Positions 37,464 through 44,519 of a stretch of 64,000 bases of DNA are shown here, one piece after another (position 1 is the stretch's first letter; every line of letters begins with the position of its first letter). Made by a program: the position numbers and the translations under genes. Source of the stretch: Oscillospiraceae bacterium. GTDB lineage: Bacteria > Bacillota > Clostridia > Oscillospirales > JAVBQB01. The DNA lies in assembly GCA_031549265.1 (NCBI GenBank), contig JAVBQB010000003.1, forward strand, positions 20,400-84,399, given 5' to 3'. Below the pieces are notes generated by a model that was given only the letters and a program-made list of their open reading frames with translations, did not search any database and was not told the DNA's origin.

Positions 37464-38897
37464 ATGGACTCTGCCAACATGTTAAATATCAAATATATCC
37501 GGACAAATGACCCGATCCCGCTGCTTGTCGCGCCGCCGCGCCCGGTCAGCGTCTCCACCCGGGACGTGCTTTTCTGCCGGATTGTCGGCATTGACTGCGC
37601 CGACGCCGAATACGTCGAGGGCATTCGCGAAATCGACCGCATCCTGACAAAGTCCGGCGCCGCACCCTACCTGCGGCTGTCAACGCTTGCGGCGGTTGAC
37701 CCCGGATGGGACTTTGCTGATTTTTCCGCCGCCGTCGACCTGGCTTTGCGTCCCGGCGGGAGCGCGGTGAGTCCGGGGCTTCGGCTGCCGTTCAGCTTCG
37801 GCGACGGCATTATGGATGCGGCGCTGCATGCCGCTTACGGGCAGGTCGTTTCGGCGTACTGCGGCGAATCCGGCGTGTCGCCGTCGATGGCCAAAAACTT
37901 CGCCGTCAAGCTGCTCTTTTGGATAAAAACGTATTTGCCGCGCCTATATTCCGGCGGGTTCCCGGAGATGTTTCCCAAGGTTCTCTTTACCGGCGGCATC
38001 AAGAAGCACGACAGTTTGTTCCTCTGCCTGCTGACGCGGATCGGCTGTGACGTTGTCTATATGAGCTCTGACAGTGATTTCCCGGCGGGTTACACCGGTC
38101 TTACCGACGTTTCGGAGCTGGTCGCGGTGGGTGCCCGCAGGAAGCTGAGCCTGCCCATCCCCGAAATGCCGCGGCAGACTCCCGCCGCGCCGGTAGCCTC
38201 CGCCCAAGCTCCGCCGCTCACTCTGCCCGTCCTTGGCGTGATGACAAGCGCCGCAGGTCAGGATCACATGCCGCCGCCCAGCCAAAGCGCATCCGCCACG
38301 GCAACCCGCCCGGCAGATTTACCCGGCAATGAGCTTACCTTTGAGCAGCTGGCCAACCTAGCCCCGTCGGTTGTCATGATTAAAGTCTTCGACAAGGACG
38401 GCGAGTGCTTCAAGTCCGGCTCGGGCGTGGTCATCAGCGAAAAGGGGTACATATTGACCAACTGCCATGTCATCGGCGGCGGACAGTCGTTTACGGTGCG
38501 GTTTGAGAACGATGCCAACGAATATCAAACCAGCGCGGTGGTGAAATATCACACCGACTTTGACCTCGCGCTCATCAGGGTTGACCGCGCCTGCCCGCCC
38601 ATCCGGGTGCTGGATGGCGGTTCGCTGGCGCGCGGCCAGAAGGTGGTCGCCATCGGCAGTCCGCTCGGGCTTTTCAACACCGTTTCCGACGGGATTATTT
38701 CGGGATTCCGCCAGTTTGAGCGCGTCTCGATGATCCAGTTCACCGCGCCAACCTCGAAGGGAAGCTCCGGCGGCGCGCTGCTCGACATGTACGGCAGGCT
38801 GATCGGCATAATCACGGCGGGCTTCGACGACGGTCAAAACCTGAATCTGGCCGTCGATCACACGACCATCCAAGCCTTCGCTTGCAACTTCCTCTGA
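37464..38897 (+). CDS. fusion: YceG-like (PF14266-type) N-terminal domain + trypsin-like serine protease (S1C)
   Basis: ATG after GAGGTGA, with an extended -10 TGGTATAAT at 37426-37434. The N-half includes KVLFTGGIKKHDSLFLCLLTRIGCDVVYMSS. The C-half carries the catalytic triad context: TNCHVIGG, DFDLALIRV, TSKGSSGGALLD. Confidence 0.7.
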   Translation: MDSANMLNIKYIRTNDPIPLLVAPPRPVSVSTRDVLFCRIVGIDCADAEYVEGIREIDRILTKSGAAPYLRLSTLAAVDPGWDFADFSAAVDLALRPGGSAVSPGLRLPFSFGDGIMDAALHAAYGQVVSAYCGESGVSPSMAKNFAVKLLFWIKTYLPRLYSGGFPEMFPKVLFTGGIKKHDSLFLCLLTRIGCDVVYMSSDSDFPAGYTGLTDVSELVAVGARRKLSLPIPEMPRQTPAAPVASAQAPPLTLPVLGVMTSAAGQDHMPPPSQSASATATRPADLPGNELTFEQLANLAPSVVMIKVFDKDGECFKSGSGVVISEKGYILTNCHVIGGGQSFTVRFENDANEYQTSAVVKYHTDFDLALIRVDRACPPIRVLDGGSLARGQKVVAIGSPLGLFNTVSDGIISGFRQFERVSMIQFTAPTSKGSSGGALLDMYGRLIGIITAGFDDGQNLNLAVDHTTIQAFACNFL

Positions 38898-39000
38898 GTC
38901 CCGCCGTCTGGCTTTATCCGGAGCGGACCCCGGTTGACAGCGTGATCCATATGTGATAATATCCGCGAAAACCGCCGATAATGAGAGGAGAACCCTTGAG

Positions 39001-39417
39001 TTGACTTACCTTCTGGAGTATCTGGGCGATATTATCCGGCGAATGTTTCACGTGAGCATTCCGCCGGAGTTTCAGCCCAAAATTATCGCCGCCGTTATCC
39101 CGGCACTGGCCGCCATTGTTCTCTGGTCCTTTCTCGGCAAGCGCCGCCGCAGTTTGCTTTACGTCATTCTGATCGGCGCGGGCTTCTGCCTCTTTCTCTG
39201 GATAGCGAAGGACAATCCGCAGAGGTTCAGCGACTTCATAGTCGAGCTGGGCGCGGCGGGCTTCATGTTTCTGCTTTCGCTGCTGTACAATGTCAGCTGG
39301 GCAAAGCGCATTCTCGTGTCGCTGCTGGCTACGGTCGGACTCTACATAGTAACAAAGCTCGCCATCTACGGGATCGACCTCGCGCTCGGCGTCAGGAGTA
39401 CGCTGTCCATTTTCTGA
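39001..39417 (+). CDS. small integral membrane protein (about 4 TM)
   Basis: TTG at 39001 lies 8 nt after GAGAGGAGAA (the ORF opens at 38953). Hydrophobic helices IIAAVIPALAAIVLW, LLYVILIGAGFCLFLW, LGAAGFMFLLSLLY, LVSLLATVGLYIV. Confidence 0.55.
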   Translation: MTYLLEYLGDIIRRMFHVSIPPEFQPKIIAAVIPALAAIVLWSFLGKRRRSLLYVILIGAGFCLFLWIAKDNPQRFSDFIVELGAAGFMFLLSLLYNVSWAKRILVSLLATVGLYIVTKLAIYGIDLALGVRSTLSIF

Positions 39418-39450
39418 GCGGCATTCGCCCGACTGCCGGTGCTAAATAAT

Positions 39451-39487
39451 AACCAGGATGGGGTTTTACGCCTCATCCTGGTTTTTT
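39451..39487. terminator. bidirectional terminator (3' end of the minus-strand signalling operon)
   Basis: AACCAGGATGGGG and CCTCATCCTGGTT form a stem of about 12 bp with a 7-nt loop. TTTTTT follows on plus and TTATTATTT on minus. Confidence 0.7.
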
Positions 39488-39514
39488 GCGGCCATATACG
39501 CGCCGATGCGCCGT

Positions 39515-41044
39515 TTATCTTGCTATCTCGACTCTGTTGCCGCCCTTGGATTTCGCGACAAGCAGCGATTCGCTCGCGAGCTTGATAAGGTCGTCCAGCG
39601 ACTGGCTTTTGGTGCTCATTCTGGCAATGCCGACGCTCACCGAGCATCTGAGCGGGGTGCCCCTGTAATCGTATACGCTGTAGCTGACCTCGTTTTTGAT
39701 CCGTCTCGCGAGGTCCAGCGCGTCTTCCTTCCTGTTGTCGAGCATCATCACGAATTCCTTGCCGCCGAACCTCGCGAGCGGGTATTTCGGGTCGGCGATG
39801 GACTTGATCGAGTCGGCCACCGATTTCATAATGAAGTCTCCGGCTTTGTATCCGAAATTGCTGTTGATCGCCCTCAGCCTGTCGACGTCGACTATTATAA
39901 CGGTCTGCTCGCCGCCGGCTTCGATCGACTCGGCGAACTCGTGCGCCTTGTCGTAGAACGCGTCCCGGCTGTATGTGCCGGTTGCGCGATCGATTGAGGC
40001 GATCGATTGAAGCTCCTCGCTCAGTGCGCGGACTTCAGTCTCGTCGCGGATCAGTATTGACCAGCCCTCGAAGGTGGCGCGCTCTCTTATCCTGCGAATC
40101 GTGCATTTGTAGTATCTGGTCTGGTCGCCGATTGTCACCGGGAAGCTTGTGACCGTCTCTTTCGCGATAAACCGGCGCATGTCGTTCAGCTCGGCGGGCC
40201 AGCCCTTGATCGACTGCAGCTTCTGGAGCGCCTTTTGGTTCATTATCCACGGGAACATTCGGTCAAATGCCCGGTTGCAGCGCAGCATCCTCTGCTCGTC
40301 GTCCACCAGGATCACGGCGTCGGTGACCGCCTCCAGCGCCTGCTCGGTGGTGTGGGACAGGCCCATAAACGGGTTAACGCGCAGCAGGCAGATGAAAAAC
40401 AGAATGATTGACGGAAAGGACGAGAAGATCGGGTAAAACAGATTGCCCGCCTTTAAGCCCCCGTAATAGGCTATAACGCAGCAGAGCGGAATGAACGTCG
40501 CGATCACCATCATTATCACATAGCGGCGGCGGCTCCTGCTCGTTCTGAAGAATCCGATCAGCGTGACCGCGAACGAGGCTAGAAAGCCGGCAATAATGAT
40601 CCCGTAATAAACGTAGGCCCACAGGCCGGGCGTCACCGCGACGGAGCTGACCCCCGTTTCGGCGCTGAACGCTACGTCGGTGTAGAATATCCCCTGCGGG
40701 CCGCTGAGCCACAGGACAATCACCGGCACAACGGGAACCGCGAGCAGTATTGCTCTTGCCGCTCTCGGCAGCTTTAGATCAAAAAACTCGACCACGATCA
40801 GCACCGCCATGACCGAAACGTAAGCTCCGCCGAGCCCCTGAATCTTGAGGCCGACAACGACGCCGTCAAGCGCGGAGGCGGTCAGCTCGATGAGATAACC
40901 GAGCAACAGAACGAAAAGCGAAAGTACAAACGCGATAAAAACGGTAATCTTTTTATTGGCGCAGATGTGGATTGTATAAAACCCGACCGCCAGCATAACG
41001 AGAAGCTCAATGACAGTCAGGGCGATTATCGATTCATTCAGCAT
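39515..41044 (-). CDS. 7TM-PAS-GGDEF protein with degenerate active site (GGKEF)
   Basis: ATG at 41044 overlaps the upstream stop by 11 nt. About seven N-terminal TM helices, then a PAS-like region. GGDEF domain: DRATGTYSRDAF, IIVDVDRLRAINSNFGYKAGD, RFGGKEFVMML, AKSKGGNRV. Lys sits at the third position of the GG(D/E)EF motif, and there is no RxxD I-site. Confidence 0.85.
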   Translation of the reverse strand: MLNESIIALTVIELLVMLAVGFYTIHICANKKITVFIAFVLSLFVLLLGYLIELTASALDGVVVGLKIQGLGGAYVSVMAVLIVVEFFDLKLPRAARAILLAVPVVPVIVLWLSGPQGIFYTDVAFSAETGVSSVAVTPGLWAYVYYGIIIAGFLASFAVTLIGFFRTSRSRRRYVIMMVIATFIPLCCVIAYYGGLKAGNLFYPIFSSFPSIILFFICLLRVNPFMGLSHTTEQALEAVTDAVILVDDEQRMLRCNRAFDRMFPWIMNQKALQKLQSIKGWPAELNDMRRFIAKETVTSFPVTIGDQTRYYKCTIRRIRERATFEGWSILIRDETEVRALSEELQSIASIDRATGTYSRDAFYDKAHEFAESIEAGGEQTVIIVDVDRLRAINSNFGYKAGDFIMKSVADSIKSIADPKYPLARFGGKEFVMMLDNRKEDALDLARRIKNEVSYSVYDYRGTPLRCSVSVGIARMSTKSQSLDDLIKLASESLLVAKSKGGNRVEIAR

Positions 41045-43457
41045 CCGAACTCTCCAAATCAGTTTGAATTACTTTATCAATGGGCAGGTACTTGAGCAGC
41101 AGGTCGTGCAGCCTCGGAATATTGATCGGCTTGGACAGATAATCGGTCATCCCCGCCGAAAAGTAGGTCTCGCTGACGCCGGAGACGACGTTTGCGGTCA
41201 TCGCGATTATCGGAACCGCCGCGAGCGCGCCGCCTATTGCCCGGATCTCGCGCGTGGCGTCCGCTCCGTCCAGCTCGGGCATCATGTAATCCATCAGGAT
41301 CATGTCGTAACTGTTGACTTTCACTTTTTCGATCGCTTCAAACCCGTCGGCAACTGATGTTACGGATATTCCGTACTGCCTGAGCAGCCCTTCCCCCACC
41401 AGCAGGTTGACGGGATTGTCGTCCACAAGCAGCACCGAGACGTCACGGGTCTTGAACGCGCCCGGCTTGACGTTGCGCCTGTTTTTATGCTCGAGCATAT
41501 CCCTGTGGTCGGATTCTATGAACAGCGACGCCAGCTCCATCAGCATGACCGGTTTGTTCAGCACGCCGTGCGCCGCCCGCAGGCTCACCGACCGCTCGTG
41601 TATCCCCTTCATGAAAATAAACCGCGTACGGTCCGCGCGGACGTCGTTTACTATGTCTATCGAGTCGTAGCCGAAGAAAACGTGGGTATACCCGCCCACC
41701 TCAATTTTCGCCTTAAAACTGCCGGGAGTCGCGCAGATATCGCTGGTGATACACAGCTTGTCAAACATCCAGCGCAGCGAGTCGGCCTCAAACCTGTTCG
41801 GGACGCAGCAGAGCGCGCTGAACTCCGCGCTGTTCAGCCTCCGCCAGGCCGAGTCCGGCTCGGAGCCTTCGCATATGATGTAGAACTGGAATTCGGAGCC
41901 CCTGCCGTATTCGCTGGTGGCGGTTATCTCGCCGCCCATCAGCTCGACCAGCCTCCGGCATATAGCGAGGCCGAGGCCGGTTCCGACTATGTTGCGGTTC
42001 ATGCGGGTATTGATCTGCTCAAACACGCCGAACATTTTGCCGATGTCTCCGTTTTTGATGCCGATTCCGGTGTCTTTGACCGTGAAATTGATCCGCCAGA
42101 AGTCGTTGGCCAGCCTGTCCGCGGATATGTGTAGCGAGACCTCGCCCTCTCTAGTGAACTTGACCGCGTTGTTAAGCAGGTTGAGCAGAATCTGCTTCAG
42201 CCGCACCTCGTCGGTGTTCAGCGTCAGTGGCACTCCGGGCGATACGTATGTAGTAAACGCCAGGTTCTGGGCGGCGGCCTTTATGCTGATGATGTTCGCC
42301 GCCGCGATAATGACCGAGGAGAATACGAAGCGCTCGTTTATGATCTGCATCCTGTTGGCGTCGATTTTGGAAAAGTCCAGTATGTCGTCTATGATCTGGA
42401 GCAGTGATCCCGCAGCGTTTTTGATCGAGAGCGTATAGGTCGTCTGCTCGTCGTCGAGGTCGGTCAGAAACATGAGCTCGGTCATGCCGAAGATCGCGTT
42501 CATCGGGGTTCTGATCTCGTGGCTCATGTTGGCGAGAAAGTCGCTCTTGGCCCGCGCCGCAACCTCGGCCTCGTTCTTGGCCTCGATAATGGGCGTAATG
42601 TCCACCCATTCGAAAAACCTCTCGATCCGGCTCTCCCCCATCAGTGAGGAGCGCAGCAGTATCCACTCCGGGCGGCCGTCCACAGTCAGCGCGTACTCGC
42701 GCTCGACATAGCCGGAACTGTGCAGCGTTTCGTGCAGAAGGTCGACCATCTCAGCGCTTTTGAAAAGGTCGAGGAACGGCCGGCCTTTTACCATCCGCCT
42801 GTCCATGATATCCAGGTGGGCGGCGAGCGACGCGCTGATGTATCGGATTTTGGCCTGGGCGTCTACTATGGCCATGAAGCTCGGGGTGGTGTCCATGATT
42901 ATCTCGAACGTTTTGCCGTGGATTTCTGATTTTTTCAACCTGCGGCCACTGACAGATATAATCGCGTACAGAATTATGTTGATTATATTAAAAATACAGA
43001 TCCGTACAAGATGGTCGGCGACCGAAAACTCCGCGCCCAGCAGCGAATACCCGAAAAAAAGAATCGGAGTCACGAATACGAGATTCGCGAGTGCACAGTG
43101 GATAACAAATCCGGTAGTGTTGAAATATATTGCGTTGATCGCCGAAGCCACGATGAGCGAGGCAAAGAATATCTGGTCTCCCCCGAGCAAGACGGCAGAC
43201 ACCGTCGCGCACAGCACTATGGAAAAAGAGCAAATCAGCGACGTCACCGTGGTGGAAACATACCTGCTGAACAGCGACAACTGAATGGCGATTATCGACA
43301 CGACACCAAAGGCCAGACGTATCGACCAGCTATTGCTGCCGAGCCTGTAAAAGTCGAACAGCAGCCCGACAACGACAAGCAGCGTCACCATTCCCGCGGC
43401 AAAAACGCGCACGAATGTATTTATCCGTTTTTCCTGAGTTTTTGTTGTCGAATTCAT
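41034..43457 (-). CDS. hybrid sensor histidine kinase (multi-TM, PAS, HisKA, HATPase_c, degenerate REC-like spacer, receiver)
   Basis: ATG at 43457 after AGGAAAG (the ORF opens at 43532). H-box [20 protein letters not shown]-box LLNLLNNAVKFT, G-boxes DTGIGI and [11 protein letters not shown]. Terminal REC VLLVDDNPVN...LMDYMMPELDG...IAMTANV...SKPI. Confidence 0.9.
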   Translation of the reverse strand: MNSTTKTQEKRINTFVRVFAAGMVTLLVVVGLLFDFYRLGSNSWSIRLAFGVVSIIAIQLSLFSRYVSTTVTSLICSFSIVLCATVSAVLLGGDQIFFASLIVASAINAIYFNTTGFVIHCALANLVFVTPILFFGYSLLGAEFSVADHLVRICIFNIINIILYAIISVSGRRLKKSEIHGKTFEIIMDTTPSFMAIVDAQAKIRYISASLAAHLDIMDRRMVKGRPFLDLFKSAEMVDLLHETLHSSGYVEREYALTVDGRPEWILLRSSLMGESRIERFFEWVDITPIIEAKNEAEVAARAKSDFLANMSHEIRTPMNAIFGMTELMFLTDLDDEQTTYTLSIKNAAGSLLQIIDDILDFSKIDANRMQIINERFVFSSVIIAAANIISIKAAAQNLAFTTYVSPGVPLTLNTDEVRLKQILLNLLNNAVKFTREGEVSLHISADRLANDFWRINFTVKDTGIGIKNGDIGKMFGVFEQINTRMNRNIVGTGLGLAICRRLVELMGGEITATSEYGRGSEFQFYIICEGSEPDSAWRRLNSAEFSALCCVPNRFEADSLRWMFDKLCITSDICATPGSFKAKIEVGGYTHVFFGYDSIDIVNDVRADRTRFIFMKGIHERSVSLRAAHGVLNKPVMLMELASLFIESDHRDMLEHKNRRNVKPGAFKTRDVSVLLVDDNPVNLLVGEGLLRQYGISVTSVADGFEAIEKVKVNSYDMILMDYMMPELDGADATREIRAIGGALAAVPIIAMTANVVSGVSETYFSAGMTDYLSKPINIPRLHDLLLKYLPIDKVIQTDLESSDAE

Positions 43458-43547
43458 AGGCCGCTTTCCTTTGATGCTGTGTTTGAAAATTATAGATACC
43501 ACGGCGGTGTTTGGGCTATACGCAGCTTCCACACCGGAAACATTATT

Positions 43548-44507
43548 TTATCGTCTGACCGCTCCGGCAAAAATTCCGCCGGGTGCCGGGATAAGGCCGG
43601 CCGGGCAGACGAAATTCACGGCACCGGGCACAATTTCGCAGGACAGCTTCCGGTCAAAATAAACTTCGCCGTCAAGCGAATAACAGAACGGAGACTTCGA
43701 CGTGATATCGATCTTTCTTGCCTGAATGTGGTTAACTTTGTCGGAGACGCTGTCGTAACTCCCCCGCGTGTAATGGTACGCCACCGGAATTACCTTGTAC
43801 CGGTTCCTCAGCGCGATCATGTAAATCTCCAGCCGGCCGTCGTCGGGGCGCGCCTCGACAGCGGGAACCATCTTTCGCCCGTATGTCGCGATATTCGCTA
43901 TATTCATTGAAAAGTACCTGCCGGAATAGTTCTCGCCGTCAATTACAACGTTCATCGCCTCCTGCGGAAACCCGCCGGACAGCGCGCAGTGGATGCCCGC
44001 CACCTTGAAGCCGATATCAGATGCGATGCCCGTCTTTTCACTGATCTTGTCGCCGTGATATTTGGCCGAGGCCTCCGCCCCGATAAGGCAGTTGGCGATC
44101 CCGTATTTATTGCCGCAGCTGAACGCGTCCAGATAAATCGTGTCCGCCATAACGAGATTGCGCAGCGAGGAAAACAGATGCACGTTTTTCTCGCCGAAGC
44201 AGTTGATGAACGAATTCAGCCTGCCGCGCGGATAATAGGCGATCTGGACGTTGGGCATGTGCATACATCCGTTTACAACCTCGTTCAGCGTTCCGGAGCC
44301 GCCCACCGCGTAAACGCGCACAATGTCCCGCGCATCTGCCATATATTTGCGGATGTAGCTGACGGCGTCTCTGGAAAACTTGGTGACGTAAATATCGAAC
44401 TGCATGTCGGAGTACAGTTTGAACAGCCCGTGAATCGAGGTGACGATCTCTTCGATATTGCCCTTGACCAGCTCGGCCACGGGATTGATAATAAACAAAT
44501 GTTTCAT
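43548..44507 (-). CDS. diacylglycerol/lipid kinase family protein (YegS/BmrU-like) with divergent catalytic motifs
   Basis: ATG after GGGGTGAG, 12 nt after the upstream stop. MKHLFIINPVA..., AVGGSGTLNEVVNG (GGSGT instead of GGDGT), YYPRGRLNSF (instead of P-x-GTGNDF), and C-terminal SLDGEVY. Confidence 0.75.
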   Translation of the reverse strand: MKHLFIINPVAELVKGNIEEIVTSIHGLFKLYSDMQFDIYVTKFSRDAVSYIRKYMADARDIVRVYAVGGSGTLNEVVNGCMHMPNVQIAYYPRGRLNSFINCFGEKNVHLFSSLRNLVMADTIYLDAFSCGNKYGIANCLIGAEASAKYHGDKISEKTGIASDIGFKVAGIHCALSGGFPQEAMNVVIDGENYSGRYFSMNIANIATYGRKMVPAVEARPDDGRLEIYMIALRNRYKVIPVAYHYTRGSYDSVSDKVNHIQARKIDITSKSPFCYSLDGEVYFDRKLSCEIVPGAVNFVCPAGLIPAPGGIFAGAVRR

Positions 44508-44519
44508 TGACTCACCCCG

